DNA of 57,251 nt, taken from positions 1-57,251 of IMG/VR virus record IMGVR_UViG_3300025608_000026. One strand, written 5' to 3'. Shown here piece by piece: positions 46,306 through 56,082 of the stretch. Under the pieces are notes generated by a model that saw only the letters and a program-made list of their open reading frames with translations, was not told where the DNA came from and searched no databases. Every line of letters begins with the position of its first letter. The stretch's first letter is position 1. The position numbers and the translations under genes were made by a program. The DNA is from a virus (taxonomy: Duplodnaviria > Caudoviricetes).

Positions 46306-46504
46306 AGATATAGAAATAAAATATAAAGATAAATATGAAACACCAGTTACTTTCAAAGGTACTGTTAACCAAGGCATTAGGCTTTTAATATCATTATCAT
46401 AAGCTATGCTATACACAAAAAGATACTTTAAAAGATATTTCACCAGACCATTAAGATAAAAAATATGAGCATTAAACATTATAGACATTTAACAACAACA
46501 AATT

Positions 46505-46735
46505 ATGCAGGAATTACTGAAAAACTTAAAGAAGCTCGCAAATCTATTAAGAAGAAACGCCCGCAAAAAGGATCACGCTGAACACTTATTTAAATCAATA
46601 CGAGTATTACGTAGCGAAATAATAGATGATGTGTTACAAGGCTCCATACGAGGCCGTATACCCGTTAAATCACTTAAACACAAAGCTGAGTTAATCAGAA
46701 AATACAGCAGAAGACTAAAATTATTAAGAACATGA
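46505..46735 (+). CDS. Basic hypothetical protein
   Basis: 76 aa, ATGA overlap with the sigma gene. Confidence 0.55.
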   Translation: MQELLKNLKKLANLLRRNARKKDHAEHLFKSIRVLRSEIIDDVLQGSIRGRIPVKSLKHKAELIRKYSRRLKLLRT

Positions 46736-47463
46736 AATGGTACAGCCATGCAACATACAAATCGCACTTAAACCAACTGTCTATAATTAACAGGATAGAT
46801 GAGGAAAGAGCACCGTATATAGAATGGCCAAAATCTATGGCCAATATATTCGAGCGTTCTTATCCTAGGATAGGTGTTTTAGATTTAACAGATTTAATGC
46901 AAGAAGGCTATTGTTCTTTTTACAGAGCATGGAACAAGCTTGATTGGGAACTTATCAATAATGCAGACGAAGAAGATCGGCCTGGCATTATAACGAACTA
47001 TTTAAAACTAAATATAAAAAATGGAATTAGAAGAGCTATAGCTCGCGATAGAGAAACTATCAGAATACCAGAATCATATTACACTATGAAACCACACGGA
47101 AACGCTCACGGCGGTAAATACGATGAAGCATATCAAACTGATATATTCTTAACCAAAACATTCGCTTCGTTCTTTAGTAACTATTACTTAGACGTTGCAG
47201 ACGAGCCTTATGGCTATGAACAAGAGAAGTTAAATGATTTACTTAATGAAGTAATGAACGAACATCTTAGTTTAATTGAAAAACAAGTTTTGTGCGCTTT
47301 TTTTGGTATCGATGAACCATATGACAACAAAGCATCAGTGAATGCAATAGCTGCAAGATTTCACCGATCAGACATATGGGTTAAGAAAATTAAAGCAAAC
47401 GCTTTGAAAAAGATGCAACAACCGCACATTAAAGAAATAATTGAAAAATACTTGCAAAATTAG
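46732..47463 (+). CDS. Sigma-70 family (RpoD-like) RNA polymerase sigma factor
   Basis: Region 2 DLMQEG...AWNKLDW and IRRAIARDRETIRIP (RpoD: DLIQEG, IADQARTIRIP); region 4 LSLIEKQVL..FFGID...IAARF..S..WVKKIKANALKKM. Confidence 0.85.
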   Translation: MKWYSHATYKSHLNQLSIINRIDEERAPYIEWPKSMANIFERSYPRIGVLDLTDLMQEGYCSFYRAWNKLDWELINNADEEDRPGIITNYLKLNIKNGIRRAIARDRETIRIPESYYTMKPHGNAHGGKYDEAYQTDIFLTKTFASFFSNYYLDVADEPYGYEQEKLNDLLNEVMNEHLSLIEKQVLCAFFGIDEPYDNKASVNAIAARFHRSDIWVKKIKANALKKMQQPHIKEIIEKYLQN

Positions 47464-47511
47464 TATACTTTTCACTAAATTTATGTAATATATATTATAT
47501 ATAATAAAGTT

Positions 47512-47751
47512 ATGAATACAAAATTATATGACATCGAAGATGACATTATTGACAGAGGTGATGCAACAAACATCACTGAAGCATTAAGTTATTATGCTAT
47601 TGAAAATGATAGTCCTTCGGACATTGAAATCTTAAACCAAAAGGTAGAACAAGATTATCACAACACGTACTATAACGCTAAAACAAAGTCTTATGGTACA
47701 CGAACAATTAAACTCGCCAATAAGGATTGGCACAAATTAAATAAAGTATGA
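47512..47751 (+). CDS. Hypothetical protein
   Basis: 79 aa ORF. Confidence 0.55.
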   Translation: MNTKLYDIEDDIIDRGDATNITEALSYYAIENDSPSDIEILNQKVEQDYHNTYYNAKTKSYGTRTIKLANKDWHKLNKV

Positions 47752-48320
47752 ATATAAATGAAAAGCTAAGTAAAATTCAGCACGATTTTAAAGCTAAAAA
47801 AAGTCGTAAGAATAACTTTGGTAACTATTATTTTAGATCTGCCGAAGATATTCTTGAAGCTATTAAACCCTTCTTGACAGAGCTAGGTGTTTATGTTACC
47901 ATTAATGAACGCGTTATTCTTTCAGAACAGTTTCCAATCATTGAAAGCGTTGCAACTATATCCGATGGTAAAGATGCTATACAAGCTGCCGCAATCGTAG
48001 GTGTTGATTTAAACCAAAAAGGTATGCAAATGCCACAAAAGTTTGGTTCAGCATCATCTTATGGTAAAAAGTATGCGTTAGGTAATCTATTGCTTATTGA
48101 TGATACAGCTGACGCTGACGCTACTAATAATCATGGCAAAGGTACTATCAATAGAACAATACCTGGTGCTAACAATGCTAACGCAAAGGTTAAGCCTGAA
48201 ATTACAGAAGCTAACATTGATAAAGCTAAAAAGTTTTTAGCTAACGGCGGGAAGATTGAAACATTACAACAAACATATTTAATTAGTAATGATATTTTAA
48301 ATAAACTAAAGAATGGATAA
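47748..48320 (+). CDS. ERF-family ssDNA annealing protein
   Basis: K...NNFGNY.FRSAEDILEA.KP and Q.FGSASSYGKKYAL..LLLIDD..DAD motifs. Confidence 0.85.
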   Translation: MNINEKLSKIQHDFKAKKSRKNNFGNYYFRSAEDILEAIKPFLTELGVYVTINERVILSEQFPIIESVATISDGKDAIQAAAIVGVDLNQKGMQMPQKFGSASSYGKKYALGNLLLIDDTADADATNNHGKGTINRTIPGANNANAKVKPEITEANIDKAKKFLANGGKIETLQQTYLISNDILNKLKNG

Positions 48321-49044
48321 ACAAGAGATATTAGAAAAGCTACGTGATGATGAGCACTACTACGGAGATTTTGGTAAAACCTATTTAAGTAATAGTGATA
48401 TTATGGCGTTGCTAAATAATCCTCTTGATTTCAAGAAGCAGTCTCCACCAACCACAGCAATGGTTATTGGGGGATATTTTCACACATGCATCCTCGAGCC
48501 TCACAAGCTTGAAAAGTACAAAATTGTTAAAGCATCTACACGGAACACTAAAGTTTACAAAGAAGTAAGCGGCAGTGATATTTGCCTTCTGGAAAAAGAA
48601 GCAGATGAAATTGAATTAATGCGTGAGGCTATGTTAGGTAATGAATTATTCAGAGACTTAATACAAGAAGGCAATGTTGAATACGAGGTACCTGGTTTAG
48701 TAGAGCTCGAGGGCATGACGTGGAAAGGTAAAGCTGATATCGTTAACCATACTCACCAACTGGTTATAGATTTAAAAACTACAGGTGATATTTCAAAGTT
48801 TACTAATTCAGCATATAGGTTTAACTACGACAGTCAAGCGTATATATATTCACAAATGTTTGGATATGATTTAGTATTTATAGTTGTTGACAAAAAGACT
48901 CATCAATTAGGTTTGTTTGATTGCAGCGATCGATTTATTCAATCCGGAATGAATAAAGTTTCAAATGCAGTACAAGTTTATGAAGAATACTTTGTTAATG
49001 GCGATGGCGATTTTAGCCAACATTATATTTCGAAAACCCTTTAA
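48313..49044 (+). CDS. PD-(D/E)XK exonuclease, RecE/ExoVIII-like
   Basis: LSNS, AM..G..FH..ILEP, KGKADI, IDLKTT and YD.QAY.Y motifs. Confidence 0.85.
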   Translation: MDKQEILEKLRDDEHYYGDFGKTYLSNSDIMALLNNPLDFKKQSPPTTAMVIGGYFHTCILEPHKLEKYKIVKASTRNTKVYKEVSGSDICLLEKEADEIELMREAMLGNELFRDLIQEGNVEYEVPGLVELEGMTWKGKADIVNHTHQLVIDLKTTGDISKFTNSAYRFNYDSQAYIYSQMFGYDLVFIVVDKKTHQLGLFDCSDRFIQSGMNKVSNAVQVYEEYFVNGDGDFSQHYISKTL

Positions 49045-49054
49045 ATTTTATATT

Positions 49055-49222
49055 ATGGCAAGAACACGAAAAAGAACGTGCGACGTTACAGGAGTAACAA
49101 CAAGTGAGAAAAACTTTTACACAAATCAATCTCACACAAAAGCAGTAGACAATTTGCGTAGATCTACAGGAGCTAACAAAGAGCAATTACGCAGAATGTT
49201 TAATCAATTAACCACTTATTAA
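49055..49222 (+). CDS. Small hypothetical protein
   Basis: MARTRKRTCDVTG...; start moved to ATG 49055. Confidence 0.55.
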   Translation: MARTRKRTCDVTGVTTSEKNFYTNQSHTKAVDNLRRSTGANKEQLRRMFNQLTTY

Positions 49223-49225
49223 ATT

Positions 49226-49552
49226 ATGGCAAGTATTATTTCAGCAAACATCGACTTAACTAAGATTGAAAAAGCTAAAATCTACGAAGGTAAGAAAGGA
49301 AAGTATTATCCTATTACTATTGTACTTAACGATGAACTCGGTCAGTACGGAGATTCTGGTTACATTCAAACTGAACAAACTAAAGAAGAGCGAGATGCAA
49401 AATTACCAAAGTCTTATTTAGGCAATGTAAAAGTAGTTTGGAGTAACGGTTCTAATGTGTCAGCAGCACCACGCGATGGTGATGGTGGCGGGCAATCTCA
49501 ACAAGGTTATGCTCCGCAACAATCTGCACAAGAACCAGATTTACCATTTTAA
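49226..49552 (+). CDS. ssb: Single-stranded DNA-binding protein
   Basis: IDLTKI..GKKGKY..I...LGN.K core, G/Q-rich linker, terminal DLPF. Confidence 0.75.
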   Translation: MASIISANIDLTKIEKAKIYEGKKGKYYPITIVLNDELGQYGDSGYIQTEQTKEERDAKLPKSYLGNVKVVWSNGSNVSAAPRDGDGGGQSQQGYAPQQSAQEPDLPF

Positions 49553-49614
49553 TATGAGAGACTATGATGATTGGATCTCCGACAGCGGAGACGGTAACAC
49601 TTTAGAAGACTAGT

Positions 49615-51318
49615 ATGAACACAACAGAGATCAATGGATATGTTATTGATATATTTAATCAATACGATCTTGAAAGCGGTAAAAAAGAGGGTATATGCCC
49701 TCTTTGCTCTGCTGATAGAAAACCTGAAAATCGCAAAGCCAAATGCGCTATGTATGATTGGGAACGTGGTCTCGGTACTTGTATGAACTGTGATGAAGTA
49801 TTTCAACTACACACCTTCCAACGCAAAGGAGGTAGCAACAAAGAGTACGTTCTTCCTGAATGGAAAAACAATACTACATTAAGTGACGGAGCTATCAAAT
49901 GGTTTGAAGGTCGTGGCATTTCACAAAAGACTCTCACTGCTTTAAAAGTTAGTGAGGGTCAAGAGTGGATGCCGCAAACTAGTAGTAATGTAAATACCAT
50001 ACAGTTTAATTACTTTATCAATGATCAATTAATTAACACAAAATTCAGAGATGGTAGAAAAAACTTTAAACTTGTTAAAGGAGCAGAGAAAGTATTCTAT
50101 AACCTTAATAATATTGTTGGCCACGACTGGTGTGTTATTGTGGAAGGTGAAATGGATGCTCTTAGCCTTTATGAAGTTGGCATACCTAATGTCGTTTCTG
50201 TACCAAACGGAGCTACGCTTAATCGCCTTAACCTTGATTATCTTGATAATTGCATTGAGTACTTTGAAGACAAAACTAAAATTGTTTTGGCTACAGACTC
50301 AGACGAAGCTGGAGAAAATCTTAAGCAAGAGCTTATCAGAAGGTTTGGCGCGGAAGTATGCTGGATGGCTGATCTGGGGAAACATAAAGATGCGAACGAT
50401 TTGCTTGTTGCTGATGGTAGGAATAAACTTATTGATGCTATACATGCTGCAAAGCCAGTACCGTTAGAGAATGTTGTAACTGTAAATGATATAAATGATG
50501 AACTTGAAGAATTTATTCACGAAGGTTTTAAGCCTGGTTTTCAAATCGGTCTTGATAACTTTGATTCTATCTTTAGTACTTACACAGGGCAGTTTATTAC
50601 CGTTACAGGTGTACCTAGCAGCGGTAAGTCTGATTTTGTTGATAGAATGGCTGTGGGCTACAACTTAAAGTACGGTTGGAAAACAGCTTTTGCATCTCCA
50701 GAAAACAAACCAACATTTTTGCATGCCCACAAGCTTATTAGAAAGGTTGGCGGGTGGATGCCTAAAACAGAAGATTTGGGTGGTAAAAAATGGAATGAAT
50801 GTTTTAATGTTGTTAATGATAATTTTTATTTTATAGAGTCTGAGCGCTATGATCTTGATTCAGTGCTTAAAAAAGGTGCTGAGCTTGTTAAGCGCAAAGG
50901 AATTAAATGTTTAGTTATAGACCCTTTTAACAAAGTTAAAATGAAAGGCTCAGGAGATATGTCTATAACAGATGCTACTATGGAGTATTTAGCACGCATT
51001 GAAACATTTGCTAAAAAATATGATGTTTTAGTTATTATCGTAGCGCATCCAACTAAGATGTATAAGAAAGATGACGGCACAATGGATGAGCCTACAATGT
51101 ATAACATTAAAGGTGGAGGCGAATGGTATGACGCAAGTTATCACGGTTTGCTTATTCATAGAGATTATTCTAACAATACTGTTAAAGCTAAAGTGCTTAA
51201 AGTAAAGTTTCAAAACTTAGGTGAAAACCAAGCAGAAGCTCATTTTAAGTGGAATCATGCGTCGGGTGATTATATGCCTATAGAAAACGCAATATCAGGA
51301 CCATTGCCATGGGAGTAA
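49615..51318 (+). CDS. Primase-helicase (T7 gp4/Twinkle-like)
   Basis: Zn finger CPLC..CMNC, TOPRIM VEGEMDALS and ATDSD, Walker A GVPSSGKS, LVIDP, VAHP. Confidence 0.92.
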   Translation: MNTTEINGYVIDIFNQYDLESGKKEGICPLCSADRKPENRKAKCAMYDWERGLGTCMNCDEVFQLHTFQRKGGSNKEYVLPEWKNNTTLSDGAIKWFEGRGISQKTLTALKVSEGQEWMPQTSSNVNTIQFNYFINDQLINTKFRDGRKNFKLVKGAEKVFYNLNNIVGHDWCVIVEGEMDALSLYEVGIPNVVSVPNGATLNRLNLDYLDNCIEYFEDKTKIVLATDSDEAGENLKQELIRRFGAEVCWMADLGKHKDANDLLVADGRNKLIDAIHAAKPVPLENVVTVNDINDELEEFIHEGFKPGFQIGLDNFDSIFSTYTGQFITVTGVPSSGKSDFVDRMAVGYNLKYGWKTAFASPENKPTFLHAHKLIRKVGGWMPKTEDLGGKKWNECFNVVNDNFYFIESERYDLDSVLKKGAELVKRKGIKCLVIDPFNKVKMKGSGDMSITDATMEYLARIETFAKKYDVLVIIVAHPTKMYKKDDGTMDEPTMYNIKGGGEWYDASYHGLLIHRDYSNNTVKAKVLKVKFQNLGENQAEAHFKWNHASGDYMPIENAISGPLPWE

Positions 51319-51584
51319 CAACTAAGCGACAAAAAGAAGAGGCTAAAAAACAGCTTCCCGCTTATATACCTAGCGATAAAGAAAGAGATTGGTATATGCA
51401 CTGTGTTAGATCAGGAGTTATAATATCACCTGTAGGTATATTAAACAAAACAGGTGAATGGCATATAGGAATAAGCTCACCAAATAATCACAAAGTAGTT
51501 CATAAATCACCAGAAATATGCGATCGTTATTCTGTATGGGAGGTGTTTTATAAATACTGTAAATATTACTATGATAAAAAATGA
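51309..51584 (+). CDS. Hypothetical protein
   Basis: 91 aa, coupled to both neighbours. Confidence 0.55.
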   Translation: MGVTTKRQKEEAKKQLPAYIPSDKERDWYMHCVRSGVIISPVGILNKTGEWHIGISSPNNHKVVHKSPEICDRYSVWEVFYKYCKYYYDKK

Positions 51585-52411
51585 ACGATGTACAAGAACA
51601 ATATAGAGGATTACTATCATCACTCGTCCACGGAGGAAAACCTAAGGCGGATAGAACAGGCACTGGCACGAGATCTGTGTTTGGAAGAATATTACGCCAT
51701 GATATGTCAACAGGATTTCCTCTGCTAACAACTAAAAAAATATTTTTTAAACATGCAGTTACAGAAATTTTATGGATTCTTCAAGGACGTTCAGATATTA
51801 AGTATCTTAATGACAATGGCCTTAATTATTGGGATGCGGATTATGAAAGGTCCGGTAGAACAGATGGGACTCTTGGTCCTGTTTACGGTGTTCAGTGGCG
51901 TAATTTCAATGGCGTTGATCAAATTACAAAATTGGTTAGAGAAATCAAAACCAACCCAACCTCAAGAAGACTCATGGTTAGTGCTTGGAACCCAGCTGAT
52001 ATTGGGGATATGGCTTTACCTCCATGCCATTATGGTTTTCAAATATACATAAATGATGGAAAAATGGATCTTATGTGGAATCAGCGATCAGCCGATGTAT
52101 TTCTTGGTTTGCCTTATGATTTTGCAATGTATGGTTTACTTTTACTTATGCTCGCAAAAGGTACTGGTTATGTACCTGGGCAGCTTATTGCGTCTCTTGG
52201 CGATTGCCATCTGTACAACAATCATATCGATCAAGCTAAAGAACAGTTGTCCCGTGATTTTCGGAAACTTCCTAATGTTAGCGTCGATTGGGGATTGGAT
52301 ATTGTCGAGGGAGCTGGAGGATTTTTAAGAATGCCTACACATAACATGATAAACATAGCAGGATATGACCCACACCCCGCAATCAGAGCAGAACTCAACG
52401 TCGGAGTTTGA
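51581..52411 (+). CDS. thyA: Thymidylate synthase
   Basis: DRTGTGT, FPLLTTKK, LGPVYG.QWR, MALPPCH and QRSADVFLGLP motifs. Confidence 0.97.
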   Translation: MNDVQEQYRGLLSSLVHGGKPKADRTGTGTRSVFGRILRHDMSTGFPLLTTKKIFFKHAVTEILWILQGRSDIKYLNDNGLNYWDADYERSGRTDGTLGPVYGVQWRNFNGVDQITKLVREIKTNPTSRRLMVSAWNPADIGDMALPPCHYGFQIYINDGKMDLMWNQRSADVFLGLPYDFAMYGLLLLMLAKGTGYVPGQLIASLGDCHLYNNHIDQAKEQLSRDFRKLPNVSVDWGLDIVEGAGGFLRMPTHNMINIAGYDPHPAIRAELNVGV

Positions 52412-52500
52412 GTATTGGTTTAAAAAGACTAATTACATGAGCAAATATCTAAACCCGGCAAGTAAAGAAATAATTAAAAAACTAAAAGAAACAAAAAGTT

Positions 52501-53274
52501 ATGGCTAAATATAAAATATACCATATACCAGGTGTTAAAATTGGTTGCACTACTGATATACAGAAACGTGTAGTCGAAACTCAAGGTTATAAGGATGGCG
52601 AGTATGAAATATTATTTCAAACTGATGATATTTCGTTAGCCTCGGCTGCGGAAAAAACATTGCAGCAAGATCTAGGTTATAAAGTAGATCGTCAATTATA
52701 TAAAAATTTATTTAAAAAATCTAATAAAATGAGCAAGTGTTCTTCTTCAGAGGCTACAACAACATTTAAAATATCTAAAAAAGATATTAATGCAAAGTTT
52801 TTAAAAAATATAAAAATAAAGAATGGATTCGGAACGTATGCCTTGGATGATGAGGCTAAAATTGAGTGGGTTATATCTAATGTTCATGCTAGCCAGTTTG
52901 GTCCTGGTACCTGTTATATATACAATAAAGCAATGGCGGAATCGGAAGAGTTCCAAAAATCAACCAGGGGATCTGTAAAACTAGATATATTTGATAACAT
53001 ACGCTATTGGGCTAAAACCAGAGGTTTGTATGCTCAAGGCGATGGTAAAACGCAATACATAAAATTACTCGAAGAAGCAGGTGAATTAGCTCAAGCTTTG
53101 TTAAAGGAAGACAAGCCTGAAATAAAAGACGCTATAGGCGATATGGTGGTTGTTTTAACCAACTTAGCTTATTTAAAGGGTTTTACTATAGAAGAATGTA
53201 TTGAGTCCGCGTATGGCGAAATTTCAAAGCGTACAGGCAAAATGATTAACGGAACATTTGTAAAAGATAACTAA
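52501..53274 (+). CDS. MazG-like NTP pyrophosphohydrolase with N-terminal GIY-YIG-like domain
   Basis: C-terminal KLLEEAGEL...IKDAIGDMVVVL; N-terminal IYHIPGVKIGCT..IQKR...E. Confidence 0.75.
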   Translation: MAKYKIYHIPGVKIGCTTDIQKRVVETQGYKDGEYEILFQTDDISLASAAEKTLQQDLGYKVDRQLYKNLFKKSNKMSKCSSSEATTTFKISKKDINAKFLKNIKIKNGFGTYALDDEAKIEWVISNVHASQFGPGTCYIYNKAMAESEEFQKSTRGSVKLDIFDNIRYWAKTRGLYAQGDGKTQYIKLLEEAGELAQALLKEDKPEIKDAIGDMVVVLTNLAYLKGFTIEECIESAYGEISKRTGKMINGTFVKDN

Positions 53275-53621
53275 TGAAAATAACTACACAAGATCAAATA
53301 GTAAAGCAAGTAATTAAAAAATTAGATGAGCGTAGTAATGTAGGCTATAAAAAGTACGGCGTAACTTTGCACGATGATGAACCTTCACTGCACAAATGGC
53401 TTAATCATATACAAGAAGAGTTACTTGATGCTTGTAATTATATTGAAAAGCTAAAAAGCGAAACCACAGACGTCTTAATTGATAAGATTATGAAAGATTA
53501 TCTTGAAGAAGATTCTCCTGTTAGTACTTATAGTGATCCAGGTCCGCCTGATTCATTAGGTACACAAACTATAACTAAAGGATCTGGTGATATACAAATA
53601 ACTTATACAACGGTTACTTAA
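53274..53621 (+). CDS. All-alpha NTP pyrophosphohydrolase-like protein
   Basis: RS.VG.KKYG.TL...WL.H.QEELLDA.NY motif. Confidence 0.5.
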   Translation: MKITTQDQIVKQVIKKLDERSNVGYKKYGVTLHDDEPSLHKWLNHIQEELLDACNYIEKLKSETTDVLIDKIMKDYLEEDSPVSTYSDPGPPDSLGTQTITKGSGDIQITYTTVT

Positions 53622-53622
53622 T

Positions 53623-54069
53623 ATGAAAAGACGAAGCAGGAAGAAAGGTCCGGTAGTCGCAAAGAAAACAACTTTTGATGGTATTAATTTTGCATCAGGT
53701 TTAGAAAAGTATACATATATAGCCCTTAAGAAAGAAAAACTATTTGAAGAATATGAAGGTGAAGTTTTCCAGTTGGTCGAAGGATTTAGTTTTGACAATG
53801 AAGCTTACGAGAAACAAGCCAATGGGAAAGGTGATTTTACTAACAGAGGGCAAAAGAAAATCTTGGGAATTAAGTATACACCTGATTTTACTGGACAAGA
53901 TTACATAATAGAATGCAAAGGAAGGGCTAATGAGTCTTTCCCTTTAAGATGGAAATTATTTAAACTATGGCTGAACAAAAACAAGGATGGAAGGACGTGC
54001 TACAAGCCGCAAAATCAGAAGGACGTGGATATGATGATACAGATAATCAAAGAAAAAAGAAAAAAATAG
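53623..54069 (+). CDS. Endonuclease I-like Holliday junction resolvase
   Basis: FASGLE, YTPDF and IIECKG motifs. Confidence 0.75.
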   Translation: MKRRSRKKGPVVAKKTTFDGINFASGLEKYTYIALKKEKLFEEYEGEVFQLVEGFSFDNEAYEKQANGKGDFTNRGQKKILGIKYTPDFTGQDYIIECKGRANESFPLRWKLFKLWLNKNKDGRTCYKPQNQKDVDMMIQIIKEKRKK

Positions 54070-54105
54070 CTGCATTACATTATAAGCGTCGTAAACTAGA
54101 TAAAG

Positions 54106-54315
54106 ATGTTAAAAGATACATTAAAGAAAACAGTAGACTTAACTCAAAAGAACTTGATGAAATCGGAACAAGAAACGGATTTTACTTTGGATAAGCATTA
54201 CGAAGAAAGGATTAACTTCCACATGAAAATGCTACAATACTATTTAAACGAACAAAACAATGAAGCCATGGCAACTAGAAATAGGAACGTATCCGGGGAT
54301 ATTATTCGGGATTAG
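54106..54315 (+). CDS. Hypothetical protein
   Basis: 69 aa ORF. Confidence 0.45.
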   Translation: MLKDTLKKTVDLTQKNLMKSEQETDFTLDKHYEERINFHMKMLQYYLNEQNNEAMATRNRNVSGDIIRD

Positions 54316-54400
54316 AACTTATATAGAGCAAGATTTTAGAGAGTATGTGCTATACATACCGTTTGTAGAACTGTGTTTAACTGTTTATGAAAATGAATGA
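54260..54400 (+). CDS. Small hypothetical protein (46 aa)
   Basis: MKPWQLEIGTYPGILFGIRTY...LYIPFVELCLTVYENE. Confidence 0.5.
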   Translation: MKPWQLEIGTYPGILFGIRTYIEQDFREYVLYIPFVELCLTVYENE

Positions 54401-54542
54401 AGTAGAAGACTACGTAAGAAAGAACTATAAAAAATTATATGGGGATAAAAAACTAATTATTAATGAATTTGGAACTCATTATGAAGTAAAATCAGGTATT
54501 GATGAAAGCCCTTTAATATTAAGCAAAACAATAACAGGATGA
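54393..54542 (+). CDS. Small hypothetical protein (49 aa)
   Basis: MNEVEDYVRKNYKKLYG...SPLILSKTITG; ATGA overlap with the next gene. Confidence 0.5.
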   Translation: MNEVEDYVRKNYKKLYGDKKLIINEFGTHYEVKSGIDESPLILSKTITG

Positions 54543-54757
54543 GCACACCTACAAGACAAGAATTAGCAGCTAAAGTCGGAACGATAAAAGCTGTTACAGA
54601 ACAAATAATTCAAGAAATGCGAATGATCGACGAACGATTAGCAGGATTGTTTGCTTTTATACAAATGCTACCAGAATATGAAGAAACAGTAGCAAAGCTT
54701 AAAGCTAAAGCAGAAGAAAACCAGAAACAAGAAGAAGAAACTAAATTAGATTTATAA
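54539..54757 (+). CDS. Coiled-coil hypothetical protein
   Basis: 72 aa ORF. Confidence 0.6.
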   Translation: MSTPTRQELAAKVGTIKAVTEQIIQEMRMIDERLAGLFAFIQMLPEYEETVAKLKAKAEENQKQEEETKLDL

Positions 54758-55726
54758 ATGGGATTATTTGATGAAAGAATTGCATATAAACCGTTTGAAT
54801 ATCCAGAGTACTATACTGAGGGATGGCTTAAACAAGCTCAAGCGTTCTGGTTACATACCGAAATACCTATGTCAGGTGACCTTAAGGATTGGAATGAAAA
54901 GCTAACGGTAAAAGAAAAGCATTTAGTAGGTAATATACTTTTAGGTTTTGCTCAAACAGAATGTGCTGTTTCGGACTACTGGACGCAAAAAGTTGTTGGT
55001 TGGTTTCCAAAGCACGAGATACAACAGATGGCTATGATGTTTGGCTCGCAAGAAACAATTCACGCTGTAGCTTATAGTTATTTAAACGAAACACTAGGCT
55101 TAGAAGATTATGAAGCGTTTTTACACGAACCTGCGACATCTGAGAGATTTGATAATCTTGTGGCTACTGCTGATAATAACCCCAGGTCTATTGGTCGCTC
55201 CTTGGCCATTTTCTCCGCTTTCGCTGAAGGTGTATCGCTATATAGTGCTTTTGCTGTACTGTATTCTTTTCAGTTACGAAATTTACTTAAGGGTATTGGC
55301 CAGCAGATGAAGTGGTCAGTTAGAGATGAGTCTTTGCATTCTAAAATGGGATGTCAGCTTTTTAGGCATATGTGTGATGAAGATGACACATTACTAGAGG
55401 CGTGTAGAGAAGACGTCTTAGAAGCTGCTAAAACGATGCTCACGTCTGAAGAAAAGTATATAGACAAGATGTTTGAGATGGGTGATATTGAAGGTATCAA
55501 AGCTTACGACTTAAAACAGTTTATTAGAAAAAGATTAAATGAAAAACTATCAGAACTCGGTTACCTCGACCTCGGGCAATACTTTGCATTTGACGAATCG
55601 GGAGCAGACAACCTTGACTGGTTCTACCATCTCACTGGTGGCGTTACTCACACTGATTTCTTTGCTGTTCGCCCTACTGATTATTCCAAAGCGAATGAAG
55701 GAGAAGATTTTGAAGATATGTGGTAA
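54758..55726 (+). CDS. nrdB: Ribonucleotide reductase class I beta subunit
   Basis: FW...EI, ETIHAVAY (radical Tyr), EGVSLYSAF, RDESLH and TDFF motifs. Confidence 0.95.
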   Translation: MGLFDERIAYKPFEYPEYYTEGWLKQAQAFWLHTEIPMSGDLKDWNEKLTVKEKHLVGNILLGFAQTECAVSDYWTQKVVGWFPKHEIQQMAMMFGSQETIHAVAYSYLNETLGLEDYEAFLHEPATSERFDNLVATADNNPRSIGRSLAIFSAFAEGVSLYSAFAVLYSFQLRNLLKGIGQQMKWSVRDESLHSKMGCQLFRHMCDEDDTLLEACREDVLEAAKTMLTSEEKYIDKMFEMGDIEGIKAYDLKQFIRKRLNEKLSELGYLDLGQYFAFDESGADNLDWFYHLTGGVTHTDFFAVRPTDYSKANEGEDFEDMW

Positions 55727-56082
55727 TGAGACAGTGTAATATTTGTAAGAAAAAGAAAAGCAATTCTAAGTTTAAGCATGATGGCAAGAAAACTTGTTCA
55801 AAGTGTGAATTTAGATGGAAGAAAAGCTTTTTAAGATTATTAGTGCAAGACAGAAGACTTAGTGCTAAAGAGCGTATTGCAAATAGGTTAGGATATATGG
55901 GGACAGCATTCATTATGATCTCTCCATATCTTTTACCTTATGGCAATATTGGAGCTATTACTTACATAATTGGCGGAATTGTTTCAACACCTCAAGTGTT
56001 TGTTGCAAAACAATGGAACTTAGTAATGGTTAACCTAAACGTAACCATAGGTTACTTAATATATTTAATAACTAACACATAA
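55720..56082 (+). CDS. Zn-finger plus membrane protein between nrdB and nrdA
   Basis: CNIC...CSKC followed by about three hydrophobic segments. Confidence 0.55.
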   Translation: MVMRQCNICKKKKSNSKFKHDGKKTCSKCEFRWKKSFLRLLVQDRRLSAKERIANRLGYMGTAFIMISPYLLPYGNIGAITYIIGGIVSTPQVFVAKQWNLVMVNLNVTIGYLIYLITNT

